Positions 51,201-59,800 of a stretch of DNA of 64,000 nt are shown here, piece by piece. The position numbers and the translations under genes are program-made. Source of the stretch: an uncultured Bacteroidales bacterium (GTDB lineage Bacteria; Bacteroidota; Bacteroidia; Bacteroidales; P3); NCBI GenBank assembly GCA_944320415.1, contig CALUHJ010000016.1, forward strand, positions 13,728 through 77,727, in the 5' to 3' direction. The stretch's first letter is position 1. Every line of letters begins with the position of its first letter. A model generated the notes under the pieces. That model searched no databases. It saw only the letters and a list, made by a program, of their open reading frames with translations, and was not told the DNA's origin.

Positions 51201-52815
51201 AAAGCCTTTGAAAGAGTTGGTGGATATGGAACATCCCGGTGCCAGATTTGTTTCCACTCATCCAAATCAGGGCGGATTGTCGTTCAACTCTCCTGAGGCC
51301 AAGTTGGATTTGAGAAACAACAAGCTTATGGCCGATGAGGTATATATGATAAAGTGTGCTGATGCGGCAGTCAGACCGTCGGACGGCAACATAACCATAT
51401 ACCCCGGAGCTCAGATGGATACTTTGGACGATGCGACCATATTGGTTGACACTCAGACCAAGTTGCACGAATACTACAATGCACGCATACACATAGCTTC
51501 CGCACAGATATATTCGGCCAACGGTTACATAGACTATGTTGACGACCAGCAAAAGAAACACCCCGTATTCATCAGTGAGCTTAATCCGTTGAGCGGACAG
51601 AGCATCGGCAGAGGTGAGATAGCCAGGGAAGAACCTTTGGCCTTGAGTTCGGCCTTCAACTTCTACGGCAAGGTTGAGGTAAAGGCCCAGGAGGAGAACT
51701 ATTTCTTTGAGGGCGGTGTTCAGACTACGGACAACTGTACCGAGAATCAGGCGTGGATAAAGTTCTCTTCCCGCATAGACCCGGAATCCATATACATACC
51801 TATTTCGGAGGCTCCGGTGGATGTGGACAACAACAGGATAACCACTTCCATACTGTTCAATGCCGACAATCTGGAGCCTAAGATAGCTTTCTTGAGTTCG
51901 GATATAGAGGGTGACAATGTTATGCTTGGCGCAAAGGGATACCTTACATACGACAAAACACAAGGCGGTTATGTCATAGCGTCAAAGGAAAAATTGGAGG
52001 ATTTTGCAAATGTGGACGCACCGTTTTTGAGTCTTAACAAGACCAATTGTTCAGCCAAAGGCGAGGGTCTTATAAAGTTGGGCTTTCCTTTGGGTGGCGC
52101 GGTGCAGACCAACAACTACGGCACAATCTCCGTTGACCGAAACAACGAAGCGACTATACAGATGAGCCTTGCGATAAACTTCCCGTTCTCCAAGGAGGCT
52201 TTGGACTTGATGGGAGTGGAGTTGTACGAGGACTTGAACCTTAGTCAGATAGAACTGGAGACCTCGGCCTACAAGAAATATCTTCATCATGTCTTTGACG
52301 CGGAGCAGGCGGAGGAATGGTTTGAAGACATGCTTGTTACCGGAGAGTGGAAAGAGATACCCAAGCAGATGCAGTACACGCTTTTCTTCCCAAGTATAAG
52401 GTTGAAGTGGGACCCTGTGATGAGGTCATACATAGGAACAGGAAATGCGGAACTGGGAATTGTAGGCAGCTATCAGGTCAACAAGATAATAAGGACAAGG
52501 GTGCAACTGATAAGGACGGCTCTGGCCACAGAGTTCAGAATATATCTTGAGGCAAATCCTGACCATTGGTATTTCTTCACCTACAACGGAGCGGCCATGA
52601 GTGCGATGTCTTCAAACGAGACGTTCAACTCCATAATCAACGAGACGCCTCGTGAGGAACGGGAAACAAAGACCAAGGACGGAAAGATATACACCTATCG
52701 TATTGCTACTCCTGCCGAGAAGAGGAACTTCATAAGGAATCTTGAATTGGGTGACAGTTACGACAACGATACGGATGTGGATACTGAAGAACCACAGAAA
52801 GGAGAAGAGGAATGA
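48280..52815 (+). CDS. very large secreted protein of unknown function
   Basis: 1511 aa with signal peptide MRKILLVLLSCMVIESVHAQ and an acidic C-terminal tail (DTDVDTEEPQKGEEE). No motif recognised. Confidence 0.8.
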   Translation: MRKILLVLLSCMVIESVHAQRFKGFSGNADTYIDELREMVETDVNIKSKQQKEYELLLSEYEQAWNNFSVQHRKDIMALSQLMFKKNARARNGFYQFIQTQIAFQSSSQTPESYNQWLKGMQKYVVDHNLKIYNEAVEATLNLLRDGYLYSSKSVRWSMGDAGGYVFRYDTVRGVYADINSDIDLTYSSLRDSNTIYSTKGRLYLTENIWEGEGGTVDWAKAGLPQDDVYVELGKYLVILNRASLTADSVSFVNKEFFSHKLTGSFEDQCSDSKTRDMSTYPRFYSYKKEEIIKNIYPDVDYVGGFTQQGGKFLGTGDEKTPAELRFYREGKLYIRAKAIEHPFSRDGIITKDCQVTIYANNDSIYHPGTKLNFNKSDRRLFFNDYKEGISASPWVDSYHCIDIYTDAVYADLDDYKIEFTAVKGPSRESFATFESNNYYSEDKWNKLQGIDPVSPLYRVREFTNKIKREQFTVKEFSKFIRLDEVQAKLMLMNLALNGFIVYESYRETAIVKQKLYDYILANNKKIDYDALRFVSAAKGEPNAVLNTLDMELRMNGIEKFTISDTHNVAIRPMEGRIRMYKNRDFEFDGQVMAGRFTMSGKGCKFSYDKFALDLPSIDSLNFFVPMYDDSTKLIQIQTPIQNLYCQMLIDEPNNKSSVKKLEGYPILSSTKESYVYYDSKKIQNGVYSRENFYYKLDPFQIKNLFAFKTDSVRFTGVLKSAGIFEDITEPLVVMRDYSLGFKMNTPSTGLAAYGGKGQFYNSIDLSCNGLLGTGYLDYIASRSHSKMFVFHPDSTTCVTDKFNCFSKSSIGTSAAFAKVDATATDEHWYPHMDYMLVEQKTEPFNMYDSLAFHTGSLTVSPSGLTGSGSTRSEEMTVSSQKTVFAEMSYKADTADFVLNALDGNSVAFEAGNVKASVDFKTRQGEFVSNDGISENQMPFLQYKCYVDKFAWGMDSKLLALLDSEHSQVGDIASKPLKELVDMEHPGARFVSTHPNQGGLSFNSPEAKLDLRNNKLMADEVYMIKCADAAVRPSDGNITIYPGAQMDTLDDATILVDTQTKLHEYYNARIHIASAQIYSANGYIDYVDDQQKKHPVFISELNPLSGQSIGRGEIAREEPLALSSAFNFYGKVEVKAQEENYFFEGGVQTTDNCTENQAWIKFSSRIDPESIYIPISEAPVDVDNNRITTSILFNADNLEPKIAFLSSDIEGDNVMLGAKGYLTYDKTQGGYVIASKEKLEDFANVDAPFLSLNKTNCSAKGEGLIKLGFPLGGAVQTNNYGTISVDRNNEATIQMSLAINFPFSKEALDLMGVELYEDLNLSQIELETSAYKKYLHHVFDAEQAEEWFEDMLVTGEWKEIPKQMQYTLFFPSIRLKWDPVMRSYIGTGNAELGIVGSYQVNKIIRTRVQLIRTALATEFRIYLEANPDHWYFFTYNGAAMSAMSSNETFNSIINETPREERETKTKDGKIYTYRIATPAEKRNFIRNLELGDSYDNDTDVDTEEPQKGEEE

Positions 52816-53477
52816 TGAATTGCGATTTGCCATTGGTTACGGCTATCAGTCTGGGACTGGTTACGGCTTATCTGTTGGGCTCCATTCCTTCGGCGGTGTG
52901 GATAGGCAAGTCTTTCTACGGTGTGGATGTAAGGGAAAAGGGCAGCAAGAATGCCGGAGCTACGAATACCATAAGGGTTTTGGGGCTTTTGCCCGGTTTG
53001 TTTGTGTTGGGCATAGACGCTTTCAAGGGGTGGCTTGCGGTTTATCTTGCCAGGTTCTTTGGCAGTTCCTTGCCTCAACATGATTATCTTGTTTACTATC
53101 AACTTTTGGTCGGAGTGTTCTGCGTGATAGGGCACGCTTTGCCCGTGTTTGCATCCTTCAGGGGCGGCAAGGGCGTGGCCACAATGCTCGGCGTTGTGAT
53201 AGGGCTGTTCGACAAGATAATCCCTTTGGTCTTGGCGGTGTTTGTCATCGTGTTCATACTGACGCACTACATATCGGTGTCTTCTATGAGCGCCGCCGTT
53301 TCCTTCCCCATATTCTATTCATGTTGCAGTATATGGTTGCATTATGACATAAACACTGTTCAACTGTGTTTTTCCATATTGGTGGCCTTATTCATACTAT
53401 GGACTCACCGCAAGAACATAAGACGGCTGATGAGGCACGAGGAACCCAAGTTCAAGTTCAAGAAAACGGTTGACTGA
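52812..53477 (+). CDS. plsY: glycerol-3-phosphate acyltransferase PlsY
   Basis: 221 aa with GSIPSAVWIGK and GSKNAGATN motifs. Its start overlaps the upstream stop (ATGA). Confidence 0.9.
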   Translation: MMNCDLPLVTAISLGLVTAYLLGSIPSAVWIGKSFYGVDVREKGSKNAGATNTIRVLGLLPGLFVLGIDAFKGWLAVYLARFFGSSLPQHDYLVYYQLLVGVFCVIGHALPVFASFRGGKGVATMLGVVIGLFDKIIPLVLAVFVIVFILTHYISVSSMSAAVSFPIFYSCCSIWLHYDINTVQLCFSILVALFILWTHRKNIRRLMRHEEPKFKFKKTVD

Positions 53478-53505
53478 CGACAATAACCAAATCAAAATAT
53501 AAACA

Positions 53506-55614
53506 ATGAAAAAGACAATTATGACAGTTATTGCAGCGGGAGGACTTATCCTTTCGTCCTGTTCGGACAAGCAGGCTACGACGGATAACCCTCTATTGCA
53601 AAAGTGGGACACGCCGTTTGAAACGGCACCATTCGAGAAGATAAAGGTTGAACACTATCTTCCTGCATTCAAGGCAGCCATCGAAGAGCATGAGAAAGAG
53701 GTTAGGCAAATCATCGACAACAAGGAGAAACCTACGTTTGACAACACCATCGCAGCCTTGGACTATAGCGGCAGGACGCTTGCGAGGATAAGCGGAGTGT
53801 TCTTCAACATGATGGCCGCAAACACCTCGAAGCAGTTGCAGGAGGTAAACCAGGAGGTAGGCCCCATGCTTGCTACGCATTCGGACAACATATCCATGAA
53901 TGCCGACCTGTTCAAGAGAGTAAAAGCGGTATGGGACGACAGGGTCAACCAGAAGTTGAACAATGAACAGAGCGCCTTGTTGGAAAAGACCTACAAGGAC
54001 TTTGTGCGTTCCGGTGCCTTGCTCGATGCAACCAAGCAGGAGGAGTTGAGGAAGGTTAACGCTGAGCTTACCAAGCTGGCAGCCCAGTTCGATGCCAACC
54101 TGTTGGAGGAAACCAAGGCCTATCAGTTGGTCATAGACAAGAAGGAGGACTTGGCCGGACTGCCTCAGGGAGAGATAGACAAGGCAGCGCATCTTGCCAA
54201 GGAGTCAGGCAAGGAAGGCAAATGGATATTCACCCTCGACAATCCTTCCTTCATTCCTTTTGTCACCTATGCGGACAACAGGGAGTTGAGAAAGGAGATA
54301 TTCAATGCAAGGGTTAACCGTTGCAACCACGGCGGCAAGACGGACAACAACGCCTTGGTGGCACAGATGGCCGAGTTGAGGGCAAAGAAAGCCAACCTGT
54401 TGGGATATGAAACATTCGCTCATTATCAGTTGGAGGAAAGAATGGCAAAGGAACCTAAGGCGGTGTTCAAGTTGCTGGAGGACTTGCTCGGATATTCCGT
54501 TCCTGTGGCTAAGAAGGAGGCTGAGGAGTTCCAGAAGCTCTTGTCCAAGGATGAAAAGGGAGCCAAACTGGAGGCATGGGACATGTATTACTATGCTGAA
54601 AAGGTACGTCAGCAGAAGTATAACTTCGATGCAGAGGCTACAAGACCTTACTTTGAGATAAACAACGTCAGGGAGGGTTGCTTTGCAGTGTTGAACAAAC
54701 TGTACGGTGTGACCTTCACTCAGAGAGACGACATATCGGTATATGCCGATGACGTATTGGCCTTTGAAGCCAAGGATTCGCAGGGTAAACATTTGGGCGT
54801 GATGTATTGGGATCCTTATACAAGGGCAAGCAAGGGTGCCGGTGCATGGTGCAACGAGTATCGCGGACAATACAGACAGAACGGACAGAACGTAAGTTCT
54901 ATAATTACCGTATGCTTCAACTATGCCAAGAATCCTAACGGCAAGACCACCCTTACGGCCGAGGAGGCAGCGACCATATTCCATGAGATGGGTCATGCCA
55001 TCCACCAGCTTTTGTCCGACTGCACCTATCCGTCCGTGTCTGGAACGAACGTTCCGAGGGACTTTGTAGAGTTGCCTTCGCAAATATTGGAACACTGGTG
55101 CCTTGAACCGCAGGTGTTGAACATGTACGCCAAGAACGACAAGGGAGAGGTTATTCCAAAGGCTATGGTTGACAAGATGGCCGAGGTTGGAACATTCAAT
55201 CAGGGCTTCATGTTCAGCGAGTTGTTGGCAGCGTCTTATCTTGACATGTGTCTTCACTCCATAAAGGCAGGCGAAAAGGTATCGACTCAGGCATTTGAGA
55301 AGAAGGCCATGGAGTCCATAGGCATGATTGCCCAGATACCGCCACGCTATCGTTCCACTTATTTTTCTCATTGCTTTGGCGATGGAGGTTACAGCGCAGG
55401 TTATTATTCATATACATGGAGCGAATGGTTGGATGCAGACGCATATCAGGCCTTCAAGGAAACGGGAGACATATTCAATCCTGAGGTGGCAGCCAAGTTC
55501 AAGAAGCTGTTGAGCAGCGGAGGTACCGAAGACGCCATGAGCATGTATGTGGAGTTCAGAGGAAAAGAACCTGACATAAATGCTTTGTTGAAAAACAGAG
55601 GCATGATAAAGTAA
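53506..55614 (+). CDS. dcp: M3-family peptidyl-dipeptidase
   Basis: 702 aa with a lipoprotein-type signal (GLILSSCS) and the zinc motif FHEMGHAIH. Confidence 0.9.
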   Translation: MKKTIMTVIAAGGLILSSCSDKQATTDNPLLQKWDTPFETAPFEKIKVEHYLPAFKAAIEEHEKEVRQIIDNKEKPTFDNTIAALDYSGRTLARISGVFFNMMAANTSKQLQEVNQEVGPMLATHSDNISMNADLFKRVKAVWDDRVNQKLNNEQSALLEKTYKDFVRSGALLDATKQEELRKVNAELTKLAAQFDANLLEETKAYQLVIDKKEDLAGLPQGEIDKAAHLAKESGKEGKWIFTLDNPSFIPFVTYADNRELRKEIFNARVNRCNHGGKTDNNALVAQMAELRAKKANLLGYETFAHYQLEERMAKEPKAVFKLLEDLLGYSVPVAKKEAEEFQKLLSKDEKGAKLEAWDMYYYAEKVRQQKYNFDAEATRPYFEINNVREGCFAVLNKLYGVTFTQRDDISVYADDVLAFEAKDSQGKHLGVMYWDPYTRASKGAGAWCNEYRGQYRQNGQNVSSIITVCFNYAKNPNGKTTLTAEEAATIFHEMGHAIHQLLSDCTYPSVSGTNVPRDFVELPSQILEHWCLEPQVLNMYAKNDKGEVIPKAMVDKMAEVGTFNQGFMFSELLAASYLDMCLHSIKAGEKVSTQAFEKKAMESIGMIAQIPPRYRSTYFSHCFGDGGYSAGYYSYTWSEWLDADAYQAFKETGDIFNPEVAAKFKKLLSSGGTEDAMSMYVEFRGKEPDINALLKNRGMIK

Positions 55615-55648
55615 GACAATACATTGCTGAATAAATGATAAAAGGAAA

Positions 55649-55679
55649 GGGGAAACGATTAGTCGTTTCCCCTTTTTTT
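55649..55679 (+). terminator. dcp terminator
   Basis: Stem GGGGAAACGA (55649-55658) / TCGTTTCCCC (55663-55672), followed by a 7-nt T-run. Confidence 0.8.
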
Positions 55680-55748
55680 GATTCTGTTATTTTACAGTTC
55701 CCATATCAAATTCCAACAACCGTAATTGTATGATTTTAATAAAATGTA

Positions 55749-55756
55749 TAACTTTG
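55749..55756 (+). promoter_or_regulatory. -7 box TAacTTTG (defence-like operon)
   Basis: Consensus match 70 nt after the dcp terminator and 41-77 nt before the candidate starts. Confidence 0.5.
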
Positions 55757-55832
55757 CACAAGAGCGGGTTTCTGTATCCGATAGAACTGCGGATATATGG
55801 ACTTTCTCGTTCCCTTTATTCAAATAAAGAAG

Positions 55833-56867
55833 ATGGATAACGTAACTGGAGAAGTTGACATACAGGAAAATAGATTGAAAGCGCTTTCACCGGATTTGCT
55901 CACCACCTTGCTCAAGGACCATACGACGAGTAAGGATGGAAAACAGTGTAATATTTTCTGGGCTACTTCCGACTATGAACATCTTGGTAAAGGTTACGAA
56001 TATTTTTCTCAAATTCTTCCCGAACTTATAACCGGAGAAAACGGCAATGTTGTCATGCCTCGTGTCCTAAAACACAGAGATACTCAAAGCATACGTTCCC
56101 GTGAGATGGCGGAGGTGTTCACTCCTTCATGGATATGTAATGCGCAGAACAATCTCATTGACGAGGCATGGTTTGGCAGAAAGGATGTGTTCAACAAGGA
56201 AGTGACAGCCGAAGACGGTACGCATACATGGGAAGTCAATACGGATAAGATTACTTTTCCAGAAGGCAGGACATGGAAAGATTATGTACGTGAAAATCGT
56301 TTGGAAATCACCTGTGGGGAGGCCCCTTATCTGGTGAGTCGGTATGATACGACTACCGGAACATTCATTCCACTGGAGAAGCGTATAGGATTGCTTGACC
56401 GTAAACTCCGTATTGTCGGTGAGAATACCACGACAACGCGTGAATGGCTGGAGGCAGTCAAGGATGCTTACAAAAGTATATATGCTTATGAATGGCAGGG
56501 TGATAATCTGCTCCTTGCCCGTGAAGCCCTTTTGTTTTCTTTCATTGAATACTATCAGAACAAGTTCGGCAAAAAACCGCAAATGAAGTCCATCAACCAT
56601 ATAGCCTATATAATCTCTTGGAATGTGTGGCAGATGGACGGTTTGAAAGGAGTTGTTCCGGAAAGCTGCGGAGAGCGTGTACGTAAGGAAAAGGAATTGT
56701 TCGGTACGGTTGAAAGACGGAAGCCGTGCGAAGGTTGTCTTAAGAATGACATAAACAAACACAACGGTATTTACTGCATTATAAAGGACTGGCGGACAAA
56801 AGACAAGACAACAGGCAAAAAGGGAAAGAAAATACGATTTATAGACCTTATAAATGAAAAAGCATGA
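55833..56867 (+). CDS. hypothetical protein with N6-MTase-like motifs, coupled partner of the helicase-MTase fusion
   Basis: 345 aa from ATG 55833, or 356 aa from ATG 55797. Motifs: EVFTPSW (FTP at 56118-56126), LEITCGEAPYL (56301-56333), YAYEWQGDNLLLAR, NVWQMDGL, and a Cys cluster CGE-x17-CEGC-x10-C. No NPPY/DPPY motif was seen. A TAacTTTG box lies at 55749-55756. Confidence 0.75.
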   Translation: MDNVTGEVDIQENRLKALSPDLLTTLLKDHTTSKDGKQCNIFWATSDYEHLGKGYEYFSQILPELITGENGNVVMPRVLKHRDTQSIRSREMAEVFTPSWICNAQNNLIDEAWFGRKDVFNKEVTAEDGTHTWEVNTDKITFPEGRTWKDYVRENRLEITCGEAPYLVSRYDTTTGTFIPLEKRIGLLDRKLRIVGENTTTTREWLEAVKDAYKSIYAYEWQGDNLLLAREALLFSFIEYYQNKFGKKPQMKSINHIAYIISWNVWQMDGLKGVVPESCGERVRKEKELFGTVERRKPCEGCLKNDINKHNGIYCIIKDWRTKDKTTGKKGKKIRFIDLINEKA

Positions 56868-59800
56868 GATTCAAATCGTCCCTGAAACTAAAACTGATCT
56901 ATGTGTTCCGCATCAACGATGAGGCACATTACGGATGTCTGAAGGTTGGCGAAACTACCTGTGATGATGATAATGTGTCAGAACTTACGCCCAACAGCAA
57001 TGCTCTCAATGAAGCGGCCAGACAACGTATCAATCAGTACACGCAGACGGCAGGTATCGCATATGATTTGCTTTATACGGAGTTGGCGCTTTACGACCAT
57101 GGAGGAGAGTCTTGTTCGTTCAACGACAAGGACGTGCACAATGTACTGAAGCGTTCGGGAGTCGAAAAGAAAATCTTCGATACGGTCAACAAAGCCAATG
57201 AATGGTTCATAACCGATTTGGAAACCGTCAAGCGAGCCATTGCTGCAGTAAAGAAGGGCAGACAGTCCCTTAATACCTCAGAAGTGACTCGGGAATATTC
57301 CCCGATTGTATTCCGACCGGAACAGCAGGAAGCCATCAACAAGACAAAGAAACAGTTTAGGAAAGGCAACCAGATGCTCTGGAACGCAAAGATGCGTTTC
57401 GGAAAGACCCTTTCTGCTTTGCAGGTTGTCAAGGATATGGAGTTTCAGCGTACCCTGATTCTGACCCATCGCCCTGTGGTCGATGCCGGATGGTTCGAGG
57501 ACTTCGGAAAGATATTCTACGACCGCAAGGATTTTGTATACGGTTCCGGAAACAAGAAGGGTGAAAGTTACAACAATCTTGAACAACAAGCGAAAAGCAA
57601 AGGGCTTCATTATATTTATTTTGCGTCAATACAAGACTTGCGCGGTTCCGAACAAGTAGGCGGTAACTTCGACAAGAACCATGAAGTATTTGCCACCGAC
57701 TGGGACTTGATTATCGTAGATGAAGCTCACGAAGGAACCCAAACAGAACTGGGCAAGGCTGTCATGGGAGAGTTGGTCAAGAACAAGACAAAGGTTTTAC
57801 GTCTGTCCGGTACTCCGTTCAACCTGCTGGATGATTTCAAGGAGGATGAGATATATACATGGGACTATGTTATGGAACAGCGTGCCAAGATGACTTGGGA
57901 CGAACTGCATTTCGGCGACCCCAATCCGTATGCCTCACTGCCAACACTCAATATATATACCTACGATTTGGGGCGGCTGCTTCATGAATTTACAGATGAA
58001 GATGTCGCCTTTAACTTCAGGGAGTTTTTCCGAGTCAATGAATCCGGTTGCTTCTGTCATGAAAAAGATGTATTGGCTTTTCTAAACCTTCTTACCAAGG
58101 AGGACGAGAACAGCCTTTACCCTTATGCCAACGAGGAATACCGCAATATTTTCCGCCATACACTCTGGAAGGTGCCGGGCGTGAAGGAAGCACGGGCATT
58201 GAGTGCCATGCTCCAGACACATCCGGTGTTCCAACATTTCAAGGTGGTTAATGTAGCCGGTGACGGTGATGAGGAAAGCCGTGATGCCTTGAAAGCTGTG
58301 GAAGAGGCTATCGGAGAAAATCCGGATGCCACACGAACCATTACCCTTTCTTGCGTAAGGCTGACGACCGGAGTAAGCGTTAAGGCCTGGACTGCCGTAT
58401 TCATGTTGTCCGGCTCCTACAATACAGCCGCATCCGGTTATATGCAGACCATATTCCGCGTACAGACTCCCGCCATCATCAACGGACGTATGAAGGAACA
58501 GTGTTATGTATTCGACTTTGCTCCTGACCGTACCCTTAAAGTGATTGCCGAAACCGCCAAGATATCGGCCAAAGCCGGCAAGACCTCGCAAAGCGACCGC
58601 GAAGCCATGGGCGAGTTCATCAATTTCTGCCCAATCATATCCATTGAGGGTTCAAAGATGAACCCGTTTGACGTTTCCCGTATGCTCGAGCAGTTGAAAA
58701 AGGTATATGTGGAGCGTGTTGTCCGTAACGGGTTTGAAGACAACAGCCTGTACAATGACGAATTGATGAAGATGGATGATTTGGACTTAAAAGCGTTCGA
58801 TGACCTGAAAAAGATTATCGGACAGACCAAGGCCATGCCCAAGACCAATCAGGTGGACATCAACAGTCAGGGACTGAACAATGAGGAATACGAGGAAAAA
58901 GAGAAGCTGGAGAAGAAACCCAGAAAGGAGCTTACAGAGGAAGAGCGGAAAAGGTTGGAAGAACTGAAAAGTAAAACCAAGAACAGGGAAGCCGCCATTT
59001 CCATTCTCCGTGGTATCTCCATCCGTATGCCTCTGTTGATTTATGGTGCGGAAGTGAGTGATGAGAATCAGGAAATAACGATTGACAATTTCGCTTCTCT
59101 CATTGATTCGCAGTCATGGGAAGAGTTCATGCCAAAGGGCGTGACCAAGCAGAAATTCGACAAGTTCAAGAAATACTATGACCCGGAAATATTCTGTGCC
59201 GCCGGAAAACGAATACGTGCGATGGCCCGTGCCGCGGACAAATTGAGCATAGAGGAAAGAATCGAACGTATTACGAACATATTCAGTACATTCCGCAATC
59301 CTGACAAGGAAACGGTGCTTACTCCGTGGCGCGTGGTAAACATGCACCTCGGTGATTGTCTGGGAGGTTATAACTTCTATGATGCGGAGTATCGGAATAC
59401 GATTCCCGAACCACGGTTTATAGACAAGGGAGAGGTTACCGCAGAAGTATTCTCACCTGATGCCCGTATTCTGGAAATAAATTCCAAATCCGGACTTTAT
59501 CCGCTCTATATGGCATACGGCATTTACCGGGCAAGGGTCAAGGCGTCTCTTTTTGCCGTAGAAACGGTGGAGGAACAGCAGGCCGTATGGGATAAGGTAA
59601 TAGCCGAAAACATCTTTGTCATCTGCAAGACCCCTATGGCAAAGAGTATTACCAAACGCACCCTTGCCGGATTTCGTGAAGCTAAAGTGAATACAAGATA
59701 TTTTGAAGATTTAATCAACCGGATTAAGAACAAACCAGAGAACTTTATAGCCAAAGTTGTCAAAGGTCGTTCTTACTGGAAAGCCATAGATAATGATAAT

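Noticed and set aside
54205-55371. 388-aa minus-strand ORF
   Set aside because: It is antisense to the well-supported dcp gene (HEMGH). It is a shadow ORF.
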